From positions 4,898,001-4,962,000 of the forward strand of contig OX597817.1 in NCBI GenBank assembly GCA_951406725.2: a DNA stretch of 64,000 nt. Reading direction: 5' to 3'. Each line of letters begins with the position of its first letter. Within the stretch, counting starts at the first letter, position 1. The notes beneath the pieces were generated by a model. The model saw nothing but the letters and a program-made list of their open reading frames with translations. It was not told where the DNA came from and made no database searches. Position numbers and translations under genes: made by a program. The DNA is from Octopus vulgaris. Its lineage: Eukaryota. Below are positions 1 through 12,772 of the stretch, piece by piece.

Positions 1-80
1 TCTTTTACTAGTTTCAGTTATTTGACTGCGGTCATGCTAGAGCACCACTTTTAGTTGAACAAATCGACCCCTTACTTATT
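1..80 (-). mobile_element. 3' fragment of tRNA-derived SINE (same family as 17080-17480)
   Basis: tcttttactagtttcagttatttgactgcggtcatgctagagcacc closely matches 17103-17150. Confidence 0.7.
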
Positions 81-504
81 TTTTGCTAGTAAAGTAGGAT
101 CTAGTTTTTTTTTTTCATTTGCAAAATATGCAGTTTTTAAAAGACAGTAAAAATCTGAAAATCGGCTATAATAATGTAGCCTTCCAGTCTCATTGCTTTG
201 AAAGTATAACTTTGTGGAAAAAAATTGGAGAAAACAGTTACAGAGGTTTAAAAATCGAAAAACTCTAATTCTTTTTTGCAAATAGCGAGACAGAAATTTT
301 CTGCGTTTATAGGAGCGCCGTCAACTTTAAAAGTTGTACCCTCTGAAATTGAAAGTTTTGCGTCTGACCTGTTCACTGTAGGTTTCTAAATAAGCAGAAA
401 TACGTAAGAAAATCAACACGTATCATCTTAGTGTTTCTTTTGTCTCTTCAGTAATTCTACGGTTTTATTATTATTTTAAATTTATTATATTTATATATTT
501 GTCC

Positions 505-1580
505 GTATGTGTTCCCTTGCTCCCGCCCACGATGTCGCACATGCGCTTACCTCTCCAACACTACCCCCCTCACAAGCATCCATCATCGACCTTATCATAT
601 CACTGACTCCTTCACTTCCACTTCATCTACTGCATTTCTTGCTCTCTGTCCTTCTCTAGACAATCGTCAAACGGGAAGACGCTTGGCTGACCGGTTCGCG
701 GGAAAACTCCGAGACATCAGACTCGGCAACGACATCCCTTTGTCGCGCCATTTTACAACATCTATCTGTGTTCGGATTGTCCTTGCACAGGGTCCATCCG
801 GACTCCCGTCTCCGGCGTGAGCAGGGATTAATCTTCTCTCTTCGCACCTTTGCTCCACATAGGCTCAAATCCTCTCCCCTCTTCATTTAACCCTCCTCCT
901 CTCTTTCTCTTCCTCTCACACCTACTTCCTACTACCCACCTCTCATATGGCTCTGGCACCTACTTCCTCTCTTCATTCCTACCCACTTCTCTCTTCCACC
1001 CTCTCCCTTCATCGTCACCCCTCCCTCATTACCCACTCCTAAACATTCCAACCCCAACATCCATATATATATCTCATCTCACCCGCACTCCATCCCTTAG
1101 ACCTCACCCTTGCTTCCCCAACTCTCCACTCCCCCACACCCAACACCACACCACCACACCACATCACACTAACCCGCACACACTAGCATTAACCAAGTCA
1201 CAGCACCTACACCATCATCCACACACCTATACATGCAGACACGCAAACGTCAAGGTCACCAGCCCTCTCCTCACACAGATACACGCTCTTACATACACAT
1301 GTACACGCGCCTTCATTTTGGGATCACCACTACTTTATTATCTCCCATTTATCATAGCTCTCCTGTGTGACTCCTCTGTACGGCATTCGACTTGATAGAT
1401 CGCTAGCCATTAAACCCTTTTCTATTTTCTCCCTGTTTATTTCTGTGTTCCTTTCTATCGAAGAGCGTAACCTCGAAACGTAAAAGTCTTTCTCACTTCC
1501 CGAGCGTTAAACTAATACATCTGTTCGTTGCTTACACATCCCTCTTCGTCTTTTGATTTTTTTGTAAATTCTCACTAAAG
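505..1580 (+). mobile_element. 5'-truncated Penelope-like element: degenerate Zn-linker/GIY-YIG, CT-rich 3' region and pLTR ending at (TA)n
   Basis: ORF 509-820 has CSRPRCRTC linker and QTGRRLADRF..LSRHF (GIY-YIG C-terminal half); 1420-1580 resembles the reverse complement of 39865-40050. Confidence 0.8.
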
Positions 1581-1589
1581 ACACACAGA

Positions 1590-1623
1590 CATATATATAT
1601 AATATATATACATGTATATATAC

Positions 1624-1678
<55 letters not shown>

Positions 1679-1833
1679 TTTATACATACATATATATACA
1701 TATATATATGTATATATATGTATATATAAATATACATACATATATGTATATATATATACACACACACATATATTTATACATACATATATATATGTATATA
1801 TATGTATATATAAATATACATACATATATATAC
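1590..1833. repeat. (TA)n/(TACA)n compound microsatellite
   Basis: direct inspection. Confidence 0.95.
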
Positions 1834-3429
1834 ATGCGGTATCCTTTCATAAGAAAAACGGAACATCCCTACCGTAAGAAATGCGCAAACCATATTTTCA
1901 ACACCCCTGATATTTGCATAGTAGCAATAAGAAAGTTATAAACAATAGATGTAAAATGTCAAAACTCATCTACGAAATAGTATTTCATCTACAACGCTGT
2001 TTTAAATATTGAAGCACATTTATTCTCAATCTATTGCTTCTACAAACGACAAACAACGTTTCTAGAGTAGGGAAAATTAAGCAATCTTTCGAAAGACAAC
2101 TGTTGCAATCTATCATCTGACGAACTGATAGTCATTCCAGACAATTATTAGCTAGCAGCGTGGCGTACTGTAACTATTATTGAAATCTTTTTTTCATATT
2201 AATTCTTTTCTGCGTCTAATCTGTCGATCTAATTTCGTACATGTGTGTGCGCGTGTGTGTGTGTGTAGTATTCGCATGTATCGAAATATACGTTGAGACG
2301 CTCATACAATTACACACACACGCACAAAAATATATACCTATGTCCATATATGTGTACACGTATACATACAACCTATATATGTATGAGTGTAACTATATGT
2401 ATATACTTATATATAAATTAATTTTACCGATACGGTCATTTTTTATACGCTAGCCACTGATATAATCATTTTAATGATTATATCCTTAATTTACAAGTAT
2501 AAATAGTTTTTTAGTTGTCTAGTCATAATATTATACTGCGTAACTGTATTTACGCCGTATGATTTCTGACATTAACCACATTGTCGAGATGGTCTAGTAG
2601 ATATAATGTATACCCGGGAAATGCATGTATTATATATAGGTGTCAACGAATAGATTTTTATATATATATATATATTTCTTGTTTATATATCTCTCGGTGC
2701 ATTTCTCCCGAGGATTGCAAAGGAATTTCTTCAGCAGGGCATGAAATATTAGGATATAGGATTATCCGAAATTTTGTAAATCTTCTTGCACATTAACTCG
2801 CATCAGACCTAGGGTTATGGACAGAGAACTAATTTAGAGTGGATTGTGGGTATTTGACATCTACTTTTAGCATATAGGCGCTAGCATTCCTTAGTCATAT
2901 TTGTATTTTATAATTACAGAAATGTACTTGCATAGCAAGTGACCTGATTTGAGATCGTGTGATGGAACAAAAACAATTGCAGCGTGGAAGGTGTTTCTAA
3001 GCCATTTTAGAAACACACGGAATTTTGTCAGTGGACTAAAAGCAACGAAAATAATTTGGCAAATTAAATTTAAATATTGAAATGAATCTACCGGTTTTTG
3101 CGTGTTTCTTAAATGGCTTATAAACACCTTCCACGCTGCAATTGTTTATTTTATAATTATATACTTAAATATTAATTTTACCGATGCGATCACTTTTTAT
3201 ACGCTAGCCCTTGATATAATTATTTTAACTAGCTGGAACTGTGAAGAAATTAACGGATTATTTACATATCGTCCAATAACTAGCTATTATTTAATCAAAA
3301 TTGTTCAATTTGCACCATTTTGGTTAATGAAAATTCCTATTACCTTTTAAGTTATATTTATTAATAATATAAGTATATACCAAGTTATTATGCGAAAGTA
3401 TAAGTTAATTACGTTACAGTACTTCCCTA

Positions 3430-3880
3430 TATGCAATATTTCTATCGTAGGTGATTCCCCTTCTGCGACCATGAGTTAATTCGATTTGAAGTATCTCTTT
3501 AACTCTGACACTGCTCATCGCCCTTGCACTTGAAAACGCTACGTAAAGCTGGCCATGAGTGAAGAATGGTTGCGGCAAGCGTATACCAACTCTATCGAAT
3601 GTTTACCTCTGTGCTTTGTTGTCGTAGAATAGGACAGACGAAACAGGAACTGGGTTCGTTGCAGAGCGAATGTAATGTTTGCATCGCTTGGAGTAAGTTT
3701 GATTCTTGGAATCAGTAGTATCATGTGAGAATGAGATCCCCTTATAAATGATGCTTCGATGCTATGCTCGTGGAGTTGAAGTACATCCAAGCGAGTTCCG
3801 TTGCATAGACATTGTGTTATAGATAGGCTTTTAAGCAGCATAATAATTATTCCAAGTTAAGGCAATGATCAGTGTCCCAT
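3430..3880 (-). pseudogene. Helitron PIF1-like helicase C-terminal relic
   Basis: ORF 3539-3841 MLLKSL..LCNGTRL..IEA..LLIPRIKLTPSD..FALQRTQF..RLSY matches the Helitron RepHel helicase motif series (LCNGTRL, IPRI, R.QFP.RLAYA). Confidence 0.8.
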
Positions 3881-4469
3881 TAAAGCATCTTGATTTTTCG
3901 GCCTACTGCTGACCAAACCAGACACGCTTTATGTTCTGTCTGTCAAGGACTTTTTCCATTTCTTTACCGTATCACATTACGTCTGACTTGATAACCGTTA
4001 AGGCTTTTTCTGTTTGTATCTTATTGTTTTATACTGTATAATTCTTTCCTGACACTCACTGTACAGCCGTAAGGCATTTTCCATTGTATATATACTATTC
4101 CTGGTCTGTTATATCTTCTCATTATTTCTTATTGTACACGCATTATTCTTATTGTCCTGTTCTCACACACATTTGTCAGCTTTTTCCTGTAGCTTATAAC
4201 AGTGGAATTGGTTTAAAATAGCGTGAAACGACTAAGACGTCTCGTAAAGTAACTCGTGAGAGAATCAGCTGCGAATGTTCCTGCTTTTTGTCTCACTTTC
4301 CTGCCCGGTATGTTTTCGCCTAGTTTACGTCTATTTTTCCCTTCTCTGCCTGACTTTTAAACCACACACACACATATACATATGTATAGTATTATTTATA
4401 TGTGTGAGTACACGCATACATAAATATATGTTTGTGTGTATGTGCTTGTGTGTGTGTCAGTGTGTGTGT

Positions 4470-4510
<41 letters not shown>

Positions 4511-4529
4511 TGAATATGTATCTGTTTTT

Positions 4530-4640
4530 GTAAGAAGCTTGCTTCCCAACCACATTGTTCCGGGTTTCGTCCTCGGACCGACCAAAGCCTTATGCCTGGA
4601 TTTGGTAGACGGAATCTGAAAGTAGCTCGTCTCATATACA
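4530..4640 (+). mobile_element. internally deleted tRNA-SINE head (family of 17080-17480)
   Basis: aagcttgcttcccaaccacattgttccggg...accaaagcctt...ggatttggtagacggaa is the reverse complement of 17340-17480. Confidence 0.7.
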
Positions 4641-5849
4641 TGTACATATATCTATGTATGTGTAACTGGATGTCTAATTTTTCCCCACCCACACACACCA
4701 CCACTTCACAATCGAAGTTTTCACACACCTGGTTGAAAGGGATTAAATGAAAGTGAGAGATGGAGAAAGAGGAAAGAACATGTCAACCGCCTTGCATTTG
4801 ACTTGTGTTCTATTTATCAACACTAAAATATGAAATTGAAATTTAAAGTTGAAGGAATTTTATCTCAGCACTTGTAGTTTCGGGTTTGTCCGACACTCGA
4901 AAGATGATGATAATCCACCGCTTATCTAGCCCTTTTGAAATAAAAACTAGAACTTGAAAGTAAGAGGGAGGCTTTATTCCACTCTATATTTTCTGCGAAA
5001 ACGCGCTATTTTATCACATATCTGACCGAATTGCACTTACAGTAAACTGTTTAACATACATCGAGATCAGCTATCTTTGCAACAACAACATGACTGCTAA
5101 CTTCTCACATTAATTTCGAAAGCTTTTCCTCCTCATAAATCCTCATCCTAGCAGTTACTGTGTATTTTTCGAAATCCTTCTGCACACTCACTTTGCGGAT
5201 CTTATCTTTACACGGTTAGGATCTACAGAGACCTATTACCTCATTAGAGAATACCGAAAGAATTATTTGACTCTCGTTGTAAACACTCCCCCAAAGCAGT
5301 TACTACAGATATTTGATAAATTTCTTTCAAGGATGTGACGAAAAAATCTTGTTTCAATTTGTCTATAATACCTCGGAAGAGGGAACTGAACACCTAGCAA
5401 GAACATGTGTCATCGACGACAAAGAATTCCATTTTTCATTGGATCGCTAAACAGAAAATTTCGTATCGAATACTTTCAGATATTACACCAAGTAACGATA
5501 TCTCTTAAAAGGATTTAAAGAACATTAACTAATTGCTGTTATCTGAAGATATTCTGCCTGCATATCTTTCAGAAGCCTGAATTTTCACAATCTAATGGAT
5601 TTGAATGAATGGCTGTCATGTCTAACGTACGAAGTGATGTAGATATTTCTTGATAAAAAGAAGTCTGAACTGAATAATCTAAATTATATCATAGCAGTCT
5701 CACTCTCTCTCTCTCTCTCTCACGCACGCACGCACGCACACACACACACACACATCTATACATCTCCGCACACATGAATCGATACATGTGTATATATATT
5801 TATATATATATTATATATATTATACATACACACATACACACACACACAC

Positions 5850-7235
5850 ACTAGCAATGCACCCCGGCGTTGCACCACTGTTATGACCAACAGCCACATT
5901 GTATTATTTGTTCTATTTTTATGGGCAGAATCGGCACAGCGGATATATAGTGAACTGGATTACTGGCGTAATGGAAGTTATTGTTTGTTTAAAACTGAAA
6001 GAGGGAAGGTACAATTTGCATAGGCTTGCATGAAGGTGCTTTCGGTTCTTAAGAAGGATCACAAATTACGTATTGTTTCATCGATTTTGCCCAGAAATCA
6101 CGTTTTCAAAATTTAAATTTTAGCCCCGTCCCCACTGCAATTTCTTAGTTTGTGACTTTTTCCCCCAATTTTTTTTTTAACCTCGTAGAAAAATACAGAG
6201 ATTACGAATCTGGGAAACATATGTTTTTTTTAGATTTAATTTTTCTTAAAGAAACACTCAATGCTCCATCCCCCACGTCGCCGACCATACCCGCTTTCAA
6301 AAAGCTAAGACTTCCCAATGTTTCACTTTCGCCTGATGTTTCACGCATGCATAGAAACATCAGTACTGAAATAGCAGACGTAAAAAATACCAGACCACCA
6401 CCAGAAAACCCAACATTCTAGAAACAACTGGTAAACGACATTGTTTTTCAAGAAACTTCCTCGCTTTCCAAAAAGCTAGAAGTGAAACATTAGGAGCTTG
6501 TAGCTTTCTTTAAAGGGGTGGATGCTCGGGAAGGATATATTAGTGTTTCTTTAAGAAAAGAGGAAGAAGAGAATTCTCCGTGGATAATAAAATATTTTTT
6601 AAAAAAACTGGAAAAATTTTAAATTAAAGAACTTGTGATGGGGAGGGAGAAAATTGAAATATTGAGAACGTGTTTTTTATGCGAAATCCTAATCTCCTGT
6701 ATAGAAAACTTAGAAATCGAAAGAAATTTAGGAGAAAAACAAGGTGCAGCGCAAATGTCACCTTGGAATGCTATAAACAACAGGTAAAAGACAGGATTTC
6801 TGGGAAACCTTCCTTTTAAGTTTATATCGAAGATCAGGTTCTTAAATACGCTCATCACAAACGAATTACAGAATAGGAAAAGGTCATTTCAATTGGAATG
6901 GAGCTGTAATTGCATGTATGTGTGCATGTTCCTGTGTGTGTGAGAGAGACAGTGAGATAGATAGGAGGGGGCGTGACTGTATTTCCTCATAACATATAGA
7001 GAAATGGATGTCTTTTAAAGGATTTTTGTGGCCTCTTTTAATACAATATTTATGTGTACATTTTCATAAATGTTTGCCTGAGCAGAATTCTAAGCATATG
7101 TGAAGCATTAGACGAAGCAAATCGAAATATTGACCAAAAATGAGCTCAAAATTGAGCGACCGACCTAGTTCCCGAGGTTATTTTAGTAGTAAAAAGAGTT
7201 GTGCTAAAAACATAGTTTACTTGGTAGCATTTATA
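5850..7235. mobile_element. possible non-autonomous Helitron/Helentron-type element
   Basis: starts actagcaatgcaccccggcgttgcac (ACTAG..CCCGGCGTTGCAC-type end), bounded by microsatellites, no ORF; family assignment from memory only. Confidence 0.35.
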
Positions 7236-7859
7236 AAATATATATATATAGGTAAATGATAAGCAGCTTTCTTTACTATTGTACAGATGTGACTAATTTG
7301 GAGAAACATTAGTTTCATTTTTCACACATCGTCACTCGCGTAATGCAACACTTTGTAAATTTGTTTCATATTGAAAGTGTGAAGCAATTTTCACTTTCTA
7401 ATGAAACCTGGTCGTTGTAGTTCAGTGTCTATCAAATAACTAATGCTGGTTGTTGAGATAACGTAGAAAATATGTAAATGAAAATAAAGTTTACTTGGTA
7501 GCCGAAAGATTACTGAATCTTTTGATACCCTTTACGTCAAAATCGGCATCTCAGTTTTCGAATGCATAAGGAACATACACGCTCGCACTCACTTCAAACT
7601 TACTTTTATGTATATACAGCAATGAACGCGCGCACAGGTACACACGCGCGCACACACATACACACACACATACACACACACACACAACTACTCACACATG
7701 TATGCATTAGAAATAATTAGCAAATAAAGTATCATCTAAAAGGATACTGTCGAGAGTAAGATCGCATTTCAGCAGTCTTTTCCTAAAGAATAGAAAACAA
7801 TTCTGCGAAGATTCCAGAGTAAGACGACTTCTTGTTAACCTAGAAAAATAGAATATCGA

Positions 7860-8235
7860 AATAAAGGATCTTTAAAGGCGTCGAACTGGCATAATCGTTC
7901 CCACACCGTACTAAATAGTTGGTGATATTTCCTCTGTGAAGTTCGACCGTGTTCGACTTTTGAATTTCATTTCGGATTCAACCTACAAACGTAGAACTTG
8001 AAAACAAATATTACATTAAGGGATCTTTAAAGGCGTCGAACTAGCATAATCGTTACCACACCGGGATAAAATCTTAGTAGTATTTTGTCTGTGAAGTTCA
8101 TCAGTGTTCGACTTTTGAATTTCATTTCGGAGTCGATGAGATAAGTGGCAATTGAGAATTGGGCTTGGTGTAATCTCGATTTAATCACCACCCTAAGCAT
8201 CAGGCCTTGTGCCTATAGTAGAAAATATTACATTG
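7860..8235 (+). mobile_element. degenerate SINE with tandemly duplicated head
   Basis: ggatctttaaaggcgtcgaact..ttgaatttcatttcgga occurs at ~7865-7977 and ~8020-8130; tail ggccttgtgcctatagtagaaa is complementary to the start of 21560. Confidence 0.6.
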
Positions 8236-9581
8236 AAAAGTCATTGAATACTCTTCATCCGAGTAACATATTTATTATAAGTTTGCAAGGAAGAATTTGA
8301 CTGTTACGTCTAAATTTCGGCAATATGTATAGTCAGATATGATGTCAGCCAAAACGTCACAGCTTCAATAAAATTCTTGCTGTAAATATATGCGTGCATA
8401 CATATGTGTGTGTGTGTTTGTGTACTCGTGTGTGTGTGTTCGTGTGTATGTGTGAGTGTGTGTATTTGTGGGTGTTTTCATGTGTGCATGTGTAAGTGTG
8501 TTGTGTACGTGTATGCCTAGCTGATATAAGGGAAAGAGACTGTTTCCATCTTCACCTTAACTATTCTCCCAATTATGGCGCCCTAGCTTAAGCCCAGCAT
8601 AATGATGTAAAACGTGTATTTACTTGCATATGCAAGAATCCTTTATCCACAACCGTATCTCAGAACTTGAAATGCAACTATTCACCATGTGAAAGGAACA
8701 AAAATGAGCGAAAAAAGAACACAACACGAAAGTGTAAATAACAACGCAACCACGCTTCCCCTCTTGGCACTGTCATCAATAACTCTACAATCTTGGTTCC
8801 TAAGATGCTAAAGCCAAACTAGTCATTGTCACCTCAGAGCATCTATCTGATAACGTCAATCTTCACAAAGAATACTGAGCAGCAAGCAGACAATATCTGT
8901 TTCTTATCGACACTCCTTTACTTATACTTCTGACATTGGAACAACTTGGCTGAATTCAGAAAAAAAAAACACTTCGACAGAATTCATGAGAACAAATAGA
9001 ATTGGGCTTCCATGAGAAGGAAAAAGAAGTATTCTTAAGAAAAATCAACAGACTAAATAAAAGAAATGGTTGAATTAAAATTTGTCTATGGGCATGTGTA
9101 TATGTGAGTCTGCATCTGTGTCTGCGTTTGTACATTTGAGAGTGTTTATTTATCTGTCATTCAATCGGGTATATGCTAATTATTTCTACATCACATTGCT
9201 ATTATTTGGTAACATTTTATAGTAATCGATATTTTCAACTATGGCGCTTCTATCAAGAAACGGTATATAGTAATGGTACATATTACCTTATAGAATTCAA
9301 CGTAATCTACCTCGTGGAGTATAAAGCAACATAAATTTAGCATACTATTACTTTCAAGTAACAACCATGTTACTGGTAATATATGTCATGTAGCTAGACT
9401 TTGTTGATGTTACAATAGCTATATACAAAGTATATGTTTAACATGATCATAATAAATTATATCAAGCTGCATGCTTGAAATACATTTTTAACTTTTGTCG
9501 TTTCTTTGAGAACACATAACATATATACATACATGCATACATACATATAAAGATACATACATACATACATACATACATACA

Positions 9582-9613
<32 letters not shown>

Positions 9614-10409
9614 AAGATACATACATGCATACATATGTATATATATATATATATACATACACGTATATATAGAAACATACACATATATATGGATACATAT
9701 ATATATATATATATATACATACACACATACATATATATATACATATATATATACATATATAAATATGTATGTATGTAAAGTAGGTATACATACATATGCA
9801 TACATATACATACAACTACGTGTACTTGTATGCTATGAAGCTTTGCGATTTACGTGTTAGTTTGCACACACGCACTCGCGCGCGCACGTACACACACACA
9901 CACACACATACACACACAAGCCCACACCCATCAAGCATACACACACACACGCACACAAACACACACAAAGACGTGCTTGTTCCTTTACAAGGATATACAT
10001 GAAAATATCCAGATATTAAATTGAAGGATCACTCAATGCTCTTCGCTAGATCAAAAGAAAGCATTTTACTTTTACCAGGAGGAGGTCGGTTATTACCTCC
10101 ACGCATGCACGCAACGCACTCGCATGCATACATATGCATATATATGAATACATGCATGTATGGGTGTGTGTGTGTGTGTGTGTTTGTATGTGTGTGTGTA
10201 TGTGTGTTTGTGTTGCATTATTAATCTTGAGGCAACCTTAAATATATGCACTTGAGAGATTTCAACAAGATACCTACGTTACGTTGGATAAAAAGATTAC
10301 TTTTTGGTACAAATAATGCTTCCTCCGCTAATAAAACATACATACACATAAGCATGTATGTATGAATGTCTGCTGTATGTATGTATATATATACGTATAT
10401 ATATGTACG

Positions 10410-10441
<32 letters not shown>

Positions 10442-10663
10442 TATATAATATATATATAACAATGATAAATCTCAGAGCGAGTTATAAACAGTAGCGGTAA
10501 CATATCGTGACGCATATTTGCCATTTGAATATGGCTAACCCCTAAGGGTGGATGCTACTGTAGTTTGTAGCCCCAGGAAGATATCTCTTCCAGCTGGCTA
10601 CAGACACATTATCTGTGTCCTTTCAGTATTTGTGAAGGGGAGTCATCCTCCCCGTCTTCAACT

Positions 10664-10724
10664 CATGATACACACGGACCCGAGTTTCAAGGTCTTTACC
10701 TTCCATCAGCGTGTGACAATCATG
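10664..10724 (-). ncRNA. minimal type I hammerhead ribozyme, core variant CUGAUGG
   Basis: minus strand: cacacg CTGATGG aagg-taaaga-cctt GAAAC tcgg GTC cgtgtg. Confidence 0.7.
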
Positions 10725-11134
10725 GTTGTCGACGAGAAGTCAGCTCCCTTCACAAATACATATACTTTTTCCAGTGTCGATTGACACTTGAAAAAGTGAA
10801 ATCAAACAATGATAAATCTCAGAGCGAGTGTGTATGAGTAAAAGTCTTGACAAGTACATGGAAAAAATACTTCACAAATACTGAGAGGACACAGATAGTG
10901 TGTCTATAGCCAGCTGGAGGAGATATCTTCCTGGGGATACAAACTACAGTAGCATCCACCCTTAGGGGTTAGCCATATTCAAGTGGCAAATATGCGTCAC
11001 GATATGTTACCGCTACTGTTTATAACTCGCTCTGAGATTTATCATTGTTTGATTTCACCTTTTCAATATCAGTGTCAATCGACACTGGAAAAAGTATATG
11101 TATTTGTGAAGGGAGCTGACTTCTCGTCGACAAC

Positions 11135-11195
11135 CATGATTGTTACACGCTGATGAAAGGTAAACACCTTGAAACTCGGGTCCGTGTGTATCATG
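11135..11195 (+). ncRNA. minimal type I hammerhead ribozyme, predicted cleavage after GUC 11182
   Basis: acacg CTGATGA aagg-taaaca-cctt GAAAC tcgg GTC cgtgt; stem I extended by catgat/atcatg; stem III ACUCGGGU is self-complementary with G-U pairs. Confidence 0.85.
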
Positions 11196-11353
11196 AGTTG
11201 AAGACGGGGAGGATGACTCCCCTTCACAAATACTGAGAGGACACAGATAGTGTGTCTATAGCCAGCTGGAGGAGATATCTTCCTGGGGCTACAAACTACA
11301 GTAGCATCCACCCTTAGGGGTTAGCCATATTCAAATGGCAAATATGCGTCACG

Positions 11354-11395
<42 letters not shown>

Positions 11396-11481
11396 AGTAT
11401 ATGCATATGTATATATATATATACATATATAGTGTATATGAATATGTATATACATACGTATATGTATATATATATATATAT

Positions 11482-12051
11482 GTTAGTTAGTTAGTTATTT
11501 ACTACTATATTTACTATCAGTGTATTGGCTTTAGAATAACCCTCTTTAGCCCTTAATTATATGATGTTTATACTTCAACTGTAACGGTTTTTTTAAATAT
11601 ACTGCCCACGCTTCCTGATGGATTCCTTTTCTGTAGAGAAAAGGACTTCATCCTATATTGCTAGTAGTAAACTCGCTGCTTGCTACGGTAGGACCGGTAA
11701 CCATTACCATTTGTAGCGGCGAAAGGTCAAGACGTTGTTTCTGAGGCTGACCAAAGAATTTTTATTTTTAGGTATAAGTGATGTACTCAAGTGTAGTTAT
11801 GTTTTTAGCTTGTGCTTTTTCCATGATCATACGTGAGTATTTTATTTATATCCCATCGAAAGCTCTACTGAAGAAAGAATATGTCTTTTTATAAGATTAA
11901 TTCCGAAATTGATTCAATATAGAGATAACGAAATTTAAATTTTCTAAAGGTTAGTTGCCCGTTTTCAGTTTCAATTCTCCTGTAGCAAGCGGATTATAAG
12001 TGGATAAATCAGTGTATTGGCTTTAGAATAACCCTCTTTAGCCCTTAATTA

Positions 12052-12059
<8 letters not shown>
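11482..12059 (+). mobile_element. second retrozyme/pLTR-like unit, period 492 nt, in (TA)n
   Basis: 52-nt direct repeat atcagtgtattggctttagaataaccctctttagcccttaattatatgatgt at 11516 and 12008; internal hammerhead; (TA)n both sides; no ORF. Confidence 0.75.
11863..11924 (+). ncRNA. type I hammerhead ribozyme (AUA site)
   Basis: ctcta CTGAAGA [gaat..tctt..aaga..attc stem II] GAAA ttg-att-caa TA tagag. Confidence 0.7.
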
Positions 12060-12134
<75 letters not shown>

Positions 12135-12330
12135 AGTAAAAGTCTTGACAAGTACATGGAAAAAATAGGGGATGTAATAAGGGTGCACTTGCAGAAAACA
12201 GCAATGCTTGCAACCCTTCCAATACTCCAGGTGATGCTTCAAAACTAACGGGTGTTACCTTAGTTCACTGGTAGTGAACAACTGACTCCGTCGTACATCT
12301 CCAGCGTTACGAGTTGTGAAAAGACAATTA

Positions 12331-12412
<82 letters not shown>

Positions 12413-12417
<5 letters not shown>

Positions 12418-12602
12418 AACACCAGGACTTACAAACACATATAACATACAGAAAATTGCACTACTAGGCACTGCACACATCCTACGCAGAACACTTTCCA
12501 TACAATAACCATCAGAGCATCACAACAAATCACAGCACATACCCAAGGCACACAGAGCTGCGCTCGGTAGTGAAGTGAAAGCACGCTATAAAAATAAAAC
12601 TA

Positions 12603-12608
<6 letters not shown>
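12413..12608 (+). mobile_element. 3' fragment of the R4/Dong-like LINE at 35029-37158, inside (TAA)n
   Basis: near-identical to 36960-37158 (PGLTNTYNIQKIALLGTAHILRRTLSIQ plus 3'UTR); (TAA)n on both sides. Confidence 0.9.
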
Positions 12609-12669
<61 letters not shown>

Positions 12670-12698
12670 GTAATAATTATAATAATAATAAAAATAAC

Positions 12699-12772
<74 letters not shown>

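Larger units (their letters stand above)
10458..11357. mobile_element. retrozyme-like non-coding ~350-nt unit: ~1.07 copies on minus (10458-10829) and ~1.4 copies on plus (10870-11357), in (TA)n
   Basis: direct repeats with period 347 (10458/10805) and 352 (10870/11222); the two blocks are reverse complements; one hammerhead motif per block; (TA)n on both sides. Confidence 0.85.

Noticed and set aside
850-1395. 181-aa Pro/His/Leu-rich ORF
   Set aside because: Low-complexity CT/CA-rich Penelope 3' region
1455-1490. Hammerhead-like gaagagcgta..ctcgaaacgta (also 39968-39995 minus)
   Set aside because: Core and stem III deviate too far to call by eye; kept only as a pLTR marker
10548-11311. Duplicated 78-aa ORF MDATVVCSP on both strands
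   Set aside because: By-product of the inverted repeat, antisense to the hammerhead strand, non-ATG start, no recognisable motif
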